Origin: Spirochaetia bacterium
GTDB taxonomy: Bacteria; Spirochaetota; Spirochaetia; SP-2023
DNA: 64,000 nucleotides
Assembly: GCA_965225855.1 (NCBI GenBank)
Contig: CBDDCK010000005.1
Span: 1,472,001 to 1,536,000 of the forward strand
Direction of reading: 5' to 3'
The notes under the pieces are model-generated. The model had not been told where the DNA came from. It ran no database searches and saw nothing but the letters and a program-made list of their open reading frames with translations. This document shows positions 8,907-19,551 of the stretch, one piece after another; position 1 is the first letter of the stretch, and each line of letters begins with the position of its first letter. The position numbers were made by a program, and so were the translations under genes.

Positions 8907-11457
8907 TCAAACCAAGCTTAGTTCATCGGGTAAGTTACCTTATTTACCAATCTATGGGCCAGTACTTTATCCCTATACCAAAAATGATTTAGTTGTTGGA
9001 AAACCAGAATCCCGTTTTGCCATTGAGCGGGCTTTGGCAGAAGACCATAATATTTTACTTTGCTATAAAAGGGAAAAAGAAGATAGCGGGCATGTGCTGA
9101 AAGAATTAGCTCCCGTTGCAACTTTATGCCATATTAATAATTTTTTGCGTTATCCAGATAATTCAGTGCGCATATCGGTTGAAGGTGTTGCAACTGCAGA
9201 ATTGCTGGGCATACAGAATCATAATTCTAAAGTTCAAATGGCAAACTTTAAAATTAATAGTTCAGAGCATAGTCAAAAAATTAAGGACAAAAAGGCTTTT
9301 GCAACGATTTCTTTAGTTATTAAAGAAGCTTTTTCGGAATACGTGCGAGACAACAGCCAGCTGCCCCATAAACTGCTAAAATTAGTCAGCGATGCCCAAA
9401 CACCTTTAATGCTGATGTCGCTCATTTGCAGCAATGTAGAAATGCCTCGCAGTCAAAAGCTCTACTTTCTGGAACATCTAGGCTCTCTTCCGCATTTGGA
9501 AGAACTAGGCGTAACTTTAGGTATCGAAAAAGAAATTTCCCAAATTAAAGAAGGGCTCGGCAGGCGAGTCCGCCAACGTTTAGATCAACATCAAAGAGAA
9601 TTTATTCTGCAAGAGCAGATGAAAGAAATCCAGCGCGAGTTGGGCAATGAAGAAGATGACCCTACGGGTAGCCGAGAGCTGGATCGGCGCCTCCATAGCA
9701 AACATCTACCCCAAGGAGTTCAAGAAAAAGTACGCCGCGAATTAAAGCGTCTACAAAGTTTACAACCAGCTTCTCCTGAATCTGGTATTTTGCGTGCCTA
9801 TTTAGAATTGATAGATGAATTGCCATGGCATCAGCTTACTGAAGATCGCATTGACATAATGGGAGCTCAAGCTATTCTTGATAGTGAGCATTACGGCCTT
9901 GAAGATGCCAAGGAGCGAATTCTAGACTACCTTGCTGTTCGAGGTTTACAAGTAGGGCAGGAAAAACTAGATAAAACAGAACAAATCGAATATAGCGAAA
10001 CTTCCTTATATGGCAATGTCCAATCCAAAAATCGCTTGCGTGGGCCAATCTTGTGTTTAGTTGGGCCTCCTGGAACGGGTAAAACTTCGCTTGGCGCATC
10101 TATAGCCAAAACTTTAAACCGTAAATTTGTAAGGATCGCATTGGGGGGGCTGCATGACGAAGCGGAAATTCGGGGCCATCGGCGCACTTATGTTGGAGCT
10201 CTGCCGGGGAAAATAATCCAAGCTTTTCGCCGAGCCCAAACCTGTAATCCGGTAATTCTACTCGATGAAATTGACAAAGTTAGTGATAATTATATTCGTG
10301 GTAACCCTGCTTCTGCTTTGCTCGAAGTATTAGACCCCGAACAAAATCATTTGTTTACCGATCACTATTTGGAATTGCCTTATGATCTTTCTAGGGCTTT
10401 ATTCATTATGACCGCTAATAGTCTTGAAGAAATTAATTTACCTTTGCTCGACCGAATGGAAGTAATCGAAATCCCAGGCTATACGGTTTATGACAAATTA
10501 AATATTGCACATAAACATCTAATACCAAAGCAGTTAAAAGAGAATGGAATCACCGATAGCAGCCTAATCATACCAGATGCTATTCTCTGGCAGTTAATTA
10601 GTGAATACACTGTGGAATCTGGTGTGCGTACATTAGAGCGCGTAATAGCCAAATTGATTCGCAAATTGGTAAGAGCCTTTTTACGCGAACAAGAAACCCT
10701 TCCGGGATCTTATGCAAAGAATAGTGCTTTTTTACACTTAGGCCAAGAATTGAGCCGGATCGATGCCAATAGTCCAGACTCATGGCCCAACTTGTTAATA
10801 GGACACAAATGGGAAGTTACAGCCAACATGCTCAACGAATATCTGGGTATTCCGTTGGATGATCCTTGGGAACAATTACAAGAAAATCCCATCAAGGGTT
10901 TTGCTTTGGGGTTAGCTTGGACTGTAGCAGGGGGGCGTTTGCTTCCTGTGGAAGTGCTTCAAATACGGGGCTCTGGTTCTTTGACGCTCACCGGTAAATT
11001 GGGCGATGTAATGAAAGAAAGTGCCCAAATAGCGTATAGCTTAATCCAGCAATTATTTGAAACCTACAATATCCAGCATGAAAGTTTAAATAGCCAAGAT
11101 TTGCATATACACGTTCCGGGAGGAGCAATATCTAAAGACGGCCCTTCTGCAGGGATTACAATTGCCACGGCAATGTTGTCTGCACTTTCTGGTCGGCCCG
11201 TGCGTAAAGATGTCGCCATGACTGGGGAAGTTACATTGACCGATCAATTATTGTCTGTAGGCGGTATACGGGAAAAGGTTTTAGCCGCTCATCGTCAAGG
11301 TATTCGACAAGTGTTGTTGCCTAGAAAAAATAAACGGGATACAGAAAAACTACCACAACAAATTTTAGAAGTAATGGAATTTCATTACTTTCAATCTGTA
11401 ATTAAAGCCCTGCAATTTTTGTTACCGGAGCCAACCAATAATCCAGAATCTCAATAG
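8872..11457 (+). CDS. lon: Lon endopeptidase La
   Basis: [30 protein letters not shown] catalytic Ser, GGIREK. Confidence 0.97.
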   Translation: MKLKLNKNSPPNQTKLSSSGKLPYLPIYGPVLYPYTKNDLVVGKPESRFAIERALAEDHNILLCYKREKEDSGHVLKELAPVATLCHINNFLRYPDNSVRISVEGVATAELLGIQNHNSKVQMANFKINSSEHSQKIKDKKAFATISLVIKEAFSEYVRDNSQLPHKLLKLVSDAQTPLMLMSLICSNVEMPRSQKLYFLEHLGSLPHLEELGVTLGIEKEISQIKEGLGRRVRQRLDQHQREFILQEQMKEIQRELGNEEDDPTGSRELDRRLHSKHLPQGVQEKVRRELKRLQSLQPASPESGILRAYLELIDELPWHQLTEDRIDIMGAQAILDSEHYGLEDAKERILDYLAVRGLQVGQEKLDKTEQIEYSETSLYGNVQSKNRLRGPILCLVGPPGTGKTSLGASIAKTLNRKFVRIALGGLHDEAEIRGHRRTYVGALPGKIIQAFRRAQTCNPVILLDEIDKVSDNYIRGNPASALLEVLDPEQNHLFTDHYLELPYDLSRALFIMTANSLEEINLPLLDRMEVIEIPGYTVYDKLNIAHKHLIPKQLKENGITDSSLIIPDAILWQLISEYTVESGVRTLERVIAKLIRKLVRAFLREQETLPGSYAKNSAFLHLGQELSRIDANSPDSWPNLLIGHKWEVTANMLNEYLGIPLDDPWEQLQENPIKGFALGLAWTVAGGRLLPVEVLQIRGSGSLTLTGKLGDVMKESAQIAYSLIQQLFETYNIQHESLNSQDLHIHVPGGAISKDGPSAGITIATAMLSALSGRPVRKDVAMTGEVTLTDQLLSVGGIREKVLAAHRQGIRQVLLPRKNKRDTEKLPQQILEVMEFHYFQSVIKALQFLLPEPTNNPESQ

Positions 11458-11933
11458 TCGTCTATAATTCGGCTAGACTAGATCATCTAAATATATTATT
11501 TGGTAATGAAAGGTCTCATCTCTTGAAGGATTGTAAGGGGGCATGAAGAATTAAATGTGGGGTATTTGAGGAAATTGTTGAGTTATAGCCTGTTTATGTG
11601 GCTCTCAGAGGGTGCTTGACGGGGTTTTGAATTTGAAATTAATGGCAACTTTTTGCTATTTTCTAGTATAATTTACAATAAAAGTTGCAGGTTTTCAAAG
11701 TGATTTTTTGTTGTTTTTTGAAGGTGCGCCGGTTTTTACCTGCGTTTTTTTGTGTCTTTTTGGGTTGGTTATTTATTGGTGATGATAAAATGTTCTAGTG
11801 ATGCTAGTTAGTATGGCTTGGCCTTGGTGGCGTTCGTGGACGGTTCAAATTTTTTGTTGTGAGCCAAGCACTTGCCTTTATTTTTAATTACCATTATATT
11901 GACCCAATACAAATCAACTAAGGAGATAATCCA

Positions 11934-12047
11934 ATGGATAATTTAGGCGAAGTAAAAGAGATTCTAAAACAGTTGAGCTTATCTCAAGCCCGATCGCAAT
12001 CAAAATCCGAGAAAGAAACCAATATTGAGAAACAGCCTAGTCCATAA
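11934..12047 (+). CDS. Small 37-aa ORF or truncated gene remnant (MDNLGEVKEILKQLSLSQARSQSKSEKETNIEKQPSP)
   Basis: Strong RBS AAGGAG and an upstream TTGCCT-N17-TATATT promoter-like sequence. The stop codon lies inside the first palindromic repeat at 12041. Confidence 0.4.
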   Translation: MDNLGEVKEILKQLSLSQARSQSKSEKETNIEKQPSP

Positions 12048-12104
12048 CTATGGACCGACCTAATCCATAGTTATGGACTTGCTCAATTCATAACTATGAA
12101 ACTA
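12036..12104. repeat. Three palindromic units with a 23-bp period
   Basis: TCCATAACTATGGA (12041), TCCATAGTTATGGA (12064), TTCATAACTATGAA (12087). Confidence 0.75.
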
Positions 12105-12432
12105 CAGCAGAACAAAGATAAAATAATTTAGAGCAAATCTTGTAAATCTCTGTTCCTACATTATCTCTAAGCTGGTCCAGAATAACCTTTGCTGTTTGGC
12201 TGTATCTACAATTTATTTCGGTTTGTACAAAGTCAAGCGAAAATATAAAATAGCTGGTACATTAGCAGGAAAATTCTGTATTATCTAACCCTTAGTGCTT
12301 ATTGACGTGTTTGCCTTGAAGTAATGCCGCGGGAAGCTTAAAAATACCACTTTGTGGCTTATTGAGCTTGGCACAATCAACTCCTATTGCCAAAATGGTG
12401 TAATTAATTATCCCTTTAGTTAAAGAAAGATT

Positions 12433-13446
12433 ATGAAAGTATCTATAGTTGGAATCAGCGGTGCTGTTGGCACTACCTTGCTACAACTTTTTGAGAGCCA
12501 TAGTACAGAAACAGAACTACAGCTTTATGGTTCGGCCAAATCTGCGGGCCAAACACTCAACTATAAAGGTCAGCAGCTACCAATCCTTGAATTTCAATTT
12601 GAAGCCGTGGCCAACACAGATATAGCTTTTTTATGCGTGTCGGATGAATTTTCCAAACAATATGCCCGCAAGCTGGCACAACACTGCATTGTAATAGACA
12701 GCTCTTCGGCTCTGCGTTATGAAGCCGATGTACCGTTAATAATCCCCGCTATCAATGACCACCACTACCAAAAACAAAAGCTCATTGCCAACCCTAACTG
12801 CTCCAGTACTATAGCACTCATGGCACTAGCTCCCCTAGAAGCGCATATTGGTTTGCAGCACGTGCAACTAACAACATACCAAGCATCCAGTGGTGCCGGC
12901 GCCCCTGCCATAGAGGAACTAAAGCAGAAGGTACAGAAGTTTACAACCTATGGTGATGATAAGCATAGTGTATTTTTCCATCACAACTTAGCCTACAATG
13001 TAATCCCCCAGATTGACAATTTTTTAGATAACGGCTACACTAGAGAAGAAATGAAAGCCACTTGGGAATTGCGCAAGATTCTAGGACAATCAGAGCTTCC
13101 GGTGGCGGCAACTTGCGTTCGTGTCCCCACCCTGCGCTCGCATTCACTGGCTGTTAGCGTCAAACTGCAGCGTGAAGTAGAGCTAGCCCAGGTACGAACA
13201 TTGTGGCAACAAATGCCCGGCTTAAAAATCGTAGATCAACCAAACAGTAAATGCTACCCTATGCCTCTATCCAGTACTATGTGCTATGATGTGGAAGTAG
13301 GCCGCTTACGTTATAGTCTTATCTACGGCAAAAGCGGTTTAGATTTCTTTGTTTCTGGTGACCAATTGTTGCGTGGGGCAGCCCTTAACGCCTATGAAAT
13401 ATTCTGTTTAACCCAAAATAAAGCATTCCCTAAATCACTTACTTAA
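12433..13446 (+). CDS. asd: Aspartate-semialdehyde dehydrogenase
   Basis: VGISGAVG, IANPNCSS, TYQASSGAG, NGYTREEMK, TCVRVP, GDQLLRGAALNA. Confidence 0.95.
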   Translation: MKVSIVGISGAVGTTLLQLFESHSTETELQLYGSAKSAGQTLNYKGQQLPILEFQFEAVANTDIAFLCVSDEFSKQYARKLAQHCIVIDSSSALRYEADVPLIIPAINDHHYQKQKLIANPNCSSTIALMALAPLEAHIGLQHVQLTTYQASSGAGAPAIEELKQKVQKFTTYGDDKHSVFFHHNLAYNVIPQIDNFLDNGYTREEMKATWELRKILGQSELPVAATCVRVPTLRSHSLAVSVKLQREVELAQVRTLWQQMPGLKIVDQPNSKCYPMPLSSTMCYDVEVGRLRYSLIYGKSGLDFFVSGDQLLRGAALNAYEIFCLTQNKAFPKSLT

Positions 13447-13489
13447 ATAATAGCCACAACCGTGACTAGAATCAAATATCGGCGAGGTT

Positions 13490-14041
13490 TGATTTGTGGC
13501 TAGTGAAGTATCGCAAGCGCGATTTGCGCGATTGCAATAACAAATCGCTAACTTACCCTCTTTAGAACTACGGCGGGACAATGCTTGCCCATTGGCCCAA
13601 ACCTACAAAGCCCAGCAGCCCCAAGCTCAATTATTTAATGCAATCTTGCTCGATGCCCCTTGTTCCTCGGAACGGTATCTACTACAACAATCCCAAATCA
13701 AGCCGAAAGTTCGTCAACAATGCAGCGTCTCTCGCAGCAAACACCACGCGCAAACACCGCTCGCTTGTTTGTGTAGTGCCTTGGATTGCATTGCTTCAGG
13801 GGGCTATTTACTTTATGATACCTGTGCTTTATCGCCGATGAAAAATGCTATAGTAGTGGCAAAAGCACTCAAAAAACGGCGACATTTAAACATTGTTGCC
13901 GTTGCAATTGCCCTCGAAAACTACCGCAATTGGGTTTTAGAACCACAATATAGCCAGCAAATCCCCTTGGGTTACAGCCCGTTGCCAAACTACAACAACG
14001 GCAGTAGCCACCTATATTTTTGCCTATTGCAAAAAAATTAG
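13490..14041 (+). pseudogene. RsmB/NOP2-family RNA m5C methyltransferase remnant
   Basis: ILLDAPCSSER and GGYLLYDTCALSPMKN motifs. An upstream fragment VASEVSQARFARLQ* is in a broken frame. N-terminal half is missing. Confidence 0.75.
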
Positions 14042-14124
14042 CCACTAAATATATACGATTCTATAGACATTGATAGAAATATTTGCTATTATCTATCACT
14101 ATAATATTGGCTCTACTATTATGA

Positions 14125-15204
14125 ATGTTTCCTGAATCGTCTATGGTATTGAATCTGGCTATCGCTGATAATTTGATTATTTTTCTATTGTTTTTGAATC
14201 GGAGAATACCAATACTTATGCGTCATTACGTAAAGAAATGCTTACCACCTGCCTTATTACAAGCCCTACAACAATATAAAGGCCAGCAGAGAACCATAGA
14301 ACAAGGACAAGAACAACCCGTATTAGTGCAGCATTTATTTAGGGAAAATATTGGGCAAACCCCACATACCTTGGCCTTTGCTCGCTACAATATTGCTTAC
14401 TATTACCGTATATTTGCCGGACATTTCATCAAAGCACAACACTTATACCGCTATTTTAGTGCAGAAACTTTGTCGGCAATCGCCACGCAAAGCACAGAGA
14501 TAGTACATGCAAAGCTGCGAGCAAAATCTTTTGGAGCGCAACATTTTTATTTGCGAATCAGCAATATCGCGGTTATGCCTTTGCCAGATAAAGATGCTAT
14601 CGTGGAGAAATTCACCGGTATACACGGCAACACAATCCGCAAAGCCCGTAAAAATGGTTACCACGTATCGGCGATAGCCTACGATGATCACTTAGATGAT
14701 ATTTACGATATAAACCGATCGAAGAGCCAACGCCAAGGGAGACCGATGAGCCAAGACTATTTGGAATATCCCGAAAAGCGCACAGAGCCACTGGCCAAAG
14801 CGGGGATAGTCTACCATTCATTTGGTTGTTTTGATGGCGACAATGTGCTGCGTGCCTACCTAAGCTACTTTAGATTGGGCAACATTCTGCGCATTGATCG
14901 GGTGCTAGGCCATGGCGATCATCTGTGCTATGGCATTATGAATTTGTTGTTTGCCCAGTCTTCCGTACTATTAGCTGCACAATACCCTAGCCATTATTTA
15001 AGCTATTTAACCATGAATAACATAGGGGATTTTAAAGCACGTCTGGGCTTTATACCTTACAATGTTCTGCTATTGATACCATCATTCAGCGATAGGCCAG
15101 AACTTATGCGCTTATTCAAAGAAGTAAAGAAAGCGAAAACTAAAGACTTACGCGGTGATTGGCTTTCCCGTTATTTACGAAAGGAGAATTTACTATCAAA
15201 GTGA
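14125..15204 (+). CDS. Hypothetical protein, probable GNAT/FemAB-like fold (start may be ATG 14218)
   Basis: NTIRKARKNGY, DDIYDINRSKSQRQGRPM, RVLGHGDHL..GIMNLL, FKARLGF resemble acyltransferase-like glycan-modifying proteins. Confidence 0.55.
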   Translation: MFPESSMVLNLAIADNLIIFLLFLNRRIPILMRHYVKKCLPPALLQALQQYKGQQRTIEQGQEQPVLVQHLFRENIGQTPHTLAFARYNIAYYYRIFAGHFIKAQHLYRYFSAETLSAIATQSTEIVHAKLRAKSFGAQHFYLRISNIAVMPLPDKDAIVEKFTGIHGNTIRKARKNGYHVSAIAYDDHLDDIYDINRSKSQRQGRPMSQDYLEYPEKRTEPLAKAGIVYHSFGCFDGDNVLRAYLSYFRLGNILRIDRVLGHGDHLCYGIMNLLFAQSSVLLAAQYPSHYLSYLTMNNIGDFKARLGFIPYNVLLLIPSFSDRPELMRLFKEVKKAKTKDLRGDWLSRYLRKENLLSK

Positions 15205-16019
15205 TCAAATTTATTTTAAAGTGCCTTGGTGCTAAATTATTGAAGAAAGGTATAGAGATAATCTACCATCGCTTTATGCAAGGCTACAACTACCGCTTGC
15301 GTTTAACGCATGATCGAGAATACTTTGCTGCCGAGAGTTTTCACCATTGGAATCAATCTACCGATGTCCAAAGGACGGGCAAAAAGTTTGATGCAACCGA
15401 AGATAGGGAATTAAACCGGCGTTCTTTGGAATTGATCACAGAGATTTTGGCACCATTCCTCACTAACAAAGGGGGTGAAGAATATAAGATACTAGATTAT
15501 GGCTGTGGCTTAGGCAATGCCGTAGCCCACTATCAACAACAAGGCTTTGATATAATCGGGGCAGAAATGAGCCAGGCTCTGCGCCAGCATGCAATGGAAC
15601 ATTATCAAATACATACTATACCACCCAAACAATTATTTAGCGAACATCGGGGGCAGTTTCATTTAATTTTCACCCAAAGTTTGCTGCAGTACATACACCC
15701 TGCCAGCATATTGCAGTTTCACAATCAGCTATATTGTTGTTTGGCACCGGATGGCAAGATTGTGCATATCAGTTGCCCTTCCTTTAATAAACGCCATTTG
15801 TGGATTGGTCATGGCCAGCACAAATTGGCCCAAACCGCCGCCTTACCGTTGTACAGTACCAATCCTCCAAGCTTTTTTATCCGCGAAAGCCAGTTGCAAG
15901 ACGTGGCTTTACAGCTTGGGTTACAGTTTGAAACGCTAGTCCAGCCGGCTTGGTACCAACGCTACCACCCAGACAAACAAGAATGGTATCGTTCAAATTT
16001 CTTGCTATATAAACCCTAG
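15201..16019 (+). CDS. Class I SAM-dependent methyltransferase
   Basis: KILDYGCGLG motif I, GAEMS, LAPDGK. GTG start overlaps the upstream stop (GTGA), with RBS AAGGAG upstream. Confidence 0.85.
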   Translation: MIKFILKCLGAKLLKKGIEIIYHRFMQGYNYRLRLTHDREYFAAESFHHWNQSTDVQRTGKKFDATEDRELNRRSLELITEILAPFLTNKGGEEYKILDYGCGLGNAVAHYQQQGFDIIGAEMSQALRQHAMEHYQIHTIPPKQLFSEHRGQFHLIFTQSLLQYIHPASILQFHNQLYCCLAPDGKIVHISCPSFNKRHLWIGHGQHKLAQTAALPLYSTNPPSFFIRESQLQDVALQLGLQFETLVQPAWYQRYHPDKQEWYRSNFLLYKP

Positions 16020-16053
16020 CAAGCAATAGACCCCATTTACATTTTTAGCTATA

Positions 16054-17499
16054 TTGCCCCAGGTGAACTTTAAAGATCGAATATGTGCCCCTTGGCACGA
16101 ACGCATTCACGAACAAACTATCCTATGGCGTGGAGGTCTTCACGGCTTTGAACGAGAGCTTTTCCGCCTAGAAGCCGCAACGGGTCTACCAAGCAAAACC
16201 ACCCATGATCAACTATTTTCAGAATCAAAGCAAAGCAAACAAATTGAACATTTTCGGGGTAGCAACGCTGAAAAATCTCGCTTGCGGGAGTTACTACCCC
16301 GCGCTTTAACTTTGGATTTCAGCGATCAACAGATTGAATTAATTGGCCAACCCCATGCACAAATTGCCAATGCCGAGGCGGATATTGCTTTATTACTGCG
16401 TTTTGTCGCAGGAGAATTAGAACGCCAACAAACGAAAGAGCTGCTATGGGCTTTTTCTCAACCGCCGCTATTTAGTGCAGAAGCACTTGCAGCCGTGCGG
16501 CTGGCTAGCTTTGGTATGGCAGAAGATGCCGAGCATAAAGAACAATATCGTAAGGAGCTACTTTTTCGCTACGGCCGTGCTAAGCAAAGCTGGACGGGCG
16601 TACATTATAATTTTTCCCTAGAGCCGTATTTATTTAAGGATTTAGAGATTTCCCCTTGTAAGACTTACGTCCATTTAGCACGCAACTTATGGCGCAACCT
16701 TTGGCTATTAGAGTTGCTATATGGTTGTACCCCTAGCCTACCAGCTTTTTATGTAGAACAAATCCAAAAGCATTTTGCCAAGGGCGGGAAATCTTTAGCA
16801 GCACCGTCGCCCAATGCCTTTTCTCTGCGTTCAGACGTAAACTATGGCTACCGCTCACCAGAACAACAGCAGCAATACTTAGACTACTCACACCCGTGTG
16901 CTTATTGGCAGAGCATTGAGTATATTGCTACCGTACCTAGCCCATTCTTTGGCAAACTGGGTTTATCGAATACCAATATCATTCAAGACTCTCGTGAGCT
17001 TTATGTCCCGTTTCGCTTAAAGCAACTTCACTGCCACGGCGATGAATGCTGGGATAAAGAAACTGGCTTAGCCGATTATATTGAGCTTCGCATCCTCGAT
17101 ATTGACCCATTCTATAGTGAAGCCAACTATAGTGGTATTTACCTACCAAGTATTTATTTAAGCCACTTGCTATTACTTCATTCGGCCCTTTTGGAAGCCC
17201 CAGCCCTAGGTAGGGAAGAATTGTTACGCTGTACCAAACGCGAGCAATACGTAGCTAGCCAAGGGAAGATACTTTCTAAGCAGCTAGAAATAGAGGCTCA
17301 TATATTGCTAGATGAATTGGGCGAAATTTGTAATTTATTAGGTTTTCCACCAATATATAGTGAGGCCGTGCAAAATGCAGAAAAAATACTTAAAGAACGC
17401 TGCTTTCGGGCGGTAGAGTTTAGCAATAAGTTCACTATGGAAGCTAAGGTCTTACAAGCACATAGCCAAGATTGGACAGATTTTTTATTGCGAAGGTGA
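16054..17499 (+). CDS. gshA: Glutamate-cysteine ligase (GshA-like, N-terminal half of a split GshAB/GshF)
   Basis: HGFERE, LDFSDQQIELI, RYGRAKQSWTGVHYNFS, FSLRS..YGY, RELYVPFRLK, YIELRILDIDPF. Confidence 0.85.
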   Translation: MPQVNFKDRICAPWHERIHEQTILWRGGLHGFERELFRLEAATGLPSKTTHDQLFSESKQSKQIEHFRGSNAEKSRLRELLPRALTLDFSDQQIELIGQPHAQIANAEADIALLLRFVAGELERQQTKELLWAFSQPPLFSAEALAAVRLASFGMAEDAEHKEQYRKELLFRYGRAKQSWTGVHYNFSLEPYLFKDLEISPCKTYVHLARNLWRNLWLLELLYGCTPSLPAFYVEQIQKHFAKGGKSLAAPSPNAFSLRSDVNYGYRSPEQQQQYLDYSHPCAYWQSIEYIATVPSPFFGKLGLSNTNIIQDSRELYVPFRLKQLHCHGDECWDKETGLADYIELRILDIDPFYSEANYSGIYLPSIYLSHLLLLHSALLEAPALGREELLRCTKREQYVASQGKILSKQLEIEAHILLDELGEICNLLGFPPIYSEAVQNAEKILKERCFRAVEFSNKFTMEAKVLQAHSQDWTDFLLRR

Positions 17500-17504
17500 T
17501 TGAT

Positions 17505-18575
17505 ATGGAAACAAGATTCCCTTTTGGTTTGGAAGGCCATCGAGACTTAGAATTATCTACACAAGTACTATTAAAAGCGGCAATAGAGCATGGTTTACAA
17601 TTTGAAGTACTCGATCGAAGCAGTAATACTGTACGTTTAGACGATAATAAAGGCCGTAACGAAATAGTAATACAGGCCACAAAAACCAGCAAAGATAGTT
17701 ACCTTTGTGCAGAAATTATGAGCTTAAAGAATGTAACAAAAGTTCTATTAAGTGAGGCAGGTTTGCCCATAGCCCAAGGCCAAAACTACCAAGGCCAACA
17801 GGGGCAGAAGCAAGCTTTACAAGATTTGGCTAATTCTATTACTGGCTTAGATGGGCCTTTTGCAAATTGCTTTAAAGGGTCTTTAGGTTGTATCGTTAAG
17901 CCTAATTCAACCAACTATGGCTTGGGTATCAGTCGGCTAGATAGCCAATGTACTAAGCAGGATTGTCAGCATGCTTTGGAGCAGGCTTTTAACTATGATA
18001 CTAACGTGTTAGTGGAAGAATTTATCCCTGGTAAGGAGTACCGTTTTTTGGTAATTGGCGGCAAACTACAGGCAGTGGCCCACCGAATGCCTGCTAATAT
18101 TACGGGAGATGGCCATAGCCATATTGCCGAGTTAGTCCAACAAAAAAACCAAGACCCTTGGCGCATAGGTGCGCAAGGTGGGCATATTAGTCCACTGGAA
18201 ACTATTGAGATAAACTCTACTGAGCTAGCCGTCCTTAAGGAACAAGGCCTAACGCCGAATAGTGTATTATCGGCAGGGCAACAGGTCTTTTTACGCCACA
18301 ATTCCAACATTAGCACTGGTGGAGATAGCTTGGATATAACGGACAAAGTACATACTAGCTATAGCCAATTAGCCGAGGCTTGCGCCCATACATTAGGGGC
18401 CAAAATCTGTGGCATAGACGTTATTAGCAAAGACATCACAGCCAACCCAATAAATACAATTCATGCGGTTATTGAAGCAAACTTTAACCCGGTATTATAT
18501 ATCCATGAGTATCCTGCTATAGGGCAGCCACGCCCTGTAGCTAAGGCAGTTACGGCCCTACTATTTGACAGATAG
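17505..18575 (+). CDS. Glutathione synthetase ATP-grasp domain (C-terminal half of a split GshAB/GshF)
   Basis: DLELSTQVLL, QATKTSKDSY, IVKPNSTNYGLGIS, GKEYRFLV, NSNISTGGDS, IEANFNP are all GshF C-domain motifs. It has its own RBS and ATG. Confidence 0.88.
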   Translation: METRFPFGLEGHRDLELSTQVLLKAAIEHGLQFEVLDRSSNTVRLDDNKGRNEIVIQATKTSKDSYLCAEIMSLKNVTKVLLSEAGLPIAQGQNYQGQQGQKQALQDLANSITGLDGPFANCFKGSLGCIVKPNSTNYGLGISRLDSQCTKQDCQHALEQAFNYDTNVLVEEFIPGKEYRFLVIGGKLQAVAHRMPANITGDGHSHIAELVQQKNQDPWRIGAQGGHISPLETIEINSTELAVLKEQGLTPNSVLSAGQQVFLRHNSNISTGGDSLDITDKVHTSYSQLAEACAHTLGAKICGIDVISKDITANPINTIHAVIEANFNPVLYIHEYPAIGQPRPVAKAVTALLFDR

Positions 18576-18614
18576 GCCCTATCTATAAATCAATCAACAT
18601 AAAAACCTAATTCT

Positions 18615-19481
18615 CTAAAGGTCTTTTCTATTGGAATAATGGGAATCTACTGGTACTGTCCCCATCGGGTTTAAACGCAAAGGATTATTTCCAATGTGCA
18701 TAATGCTTTTATAGTAATGCTCTTTATAGATAGCAATATCTACCGTACTGCTAAGAGCTGGAATAGATAGCATTTGCTTTAGATACTTAGATAAAGCAGG
18801 ATAGTCTCTTATTAAACGATAACTACATTTAAAGAGCGGAAAATAGATTTCATCAAAACGCACTAAAGTGGCAAATAGATACAAATCACTCTCGGTCAAT
18901 GAATCTCCAAACAAGTACATCTGCTGGCTCAAGCGGGCTTCCATCTCATCTAAAGACAAGAAGAGCTTTTTTACTTTAGCTTTGTAATCTGCTTGCTCTG
19001 TGGCAAAACCAACCAAATAAACCGCCCGATTGATATGATTGTGGAGCCATTCATTTAGTTTATCTATCTCCATAGCGAAAGCTTCTGGATACAAATTCAT
19101 AGGCACATCATAAGTGCCATTCATACCCCGAACAAAAAAATGCGTTATATCCGTAGAGCTAGTAGACAATATTTGCGGTGCCGACAAATCAATCAAAAGC
19201 GGCACAGAAGGGCGATATTCGGTTGCAGAGTCTAAGCGTTTATAAACCGCAGATAAGTACGTTTCATTAAAAGCAGGTTCATCACTCGGCTCTATCGCCC
19301 AACCCTCTATATTCTTGATATTGTTCATCCGCGTGTAGCTTAGCTTATCCTCTAGGCCAAGCAATGAAAGCGTTGCCAACACGCGATGACAAAAAGGGCA
19401 AGCAGATGCAATATAAAGGTGCAAATTAGAATCCTTGCTAAATGTGGGGAACACAGTTCCTCGATTGCTATTATTATTCAT
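18615..19481 (-). CDS. Glutathionyl-hydroquinone reductase / Xi-class glutathione transferase (YqjG-like)
   Basis: LYIASACPFCHR, SVPLLID, INRAVY..GFATEQ, LFATLVRFD.IY..LFKC. Confidence 0.88.
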   Translation of the reverse strand: MNNNSNRGTVFPTFSKDSNLHLYIASACPFCHRVLATLSLLGLEDKLSYTRMNNIKNIEGWAIEPSDEPAFNETYLSAVYKRLDSATEYRPSVPLLIDLSAPQILSTSSTDITHFFVRGMNGTYDVPMNLYPEAFAMEIDKLNEWLHNHINRAVYLVGFATEQADYKAKVKKLFLSLDEMEARLSQQMYLFGDSLTESDLYLFATLVRFDEIYFPLFKCSYRLIRDYPALSKYLKQMLSIPALSSTVDIAIYKEHYYKSIMHIGNNPLRLNPMGTVPVDSHYSNRKDL

Positions 19482-19551
19482 TGTTACCTTCCTTACCTTT
19501 TTGGTTAGGCTTAGTAGCCTTGGTTATTGGTTACCCTTTTATTACCTTTGA

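Noticed and set aside
11815..11860. tRNA-like GGTTCAAAT motif (also near 4795-4810)
   Set aside because: No pairing T-stem, acceptor stem or cloverleaf
12180..12432. Lysine riboswitch upstream of asd
   Set aside because: The conserved AGAGG/GCCGA core elements are not recognisable
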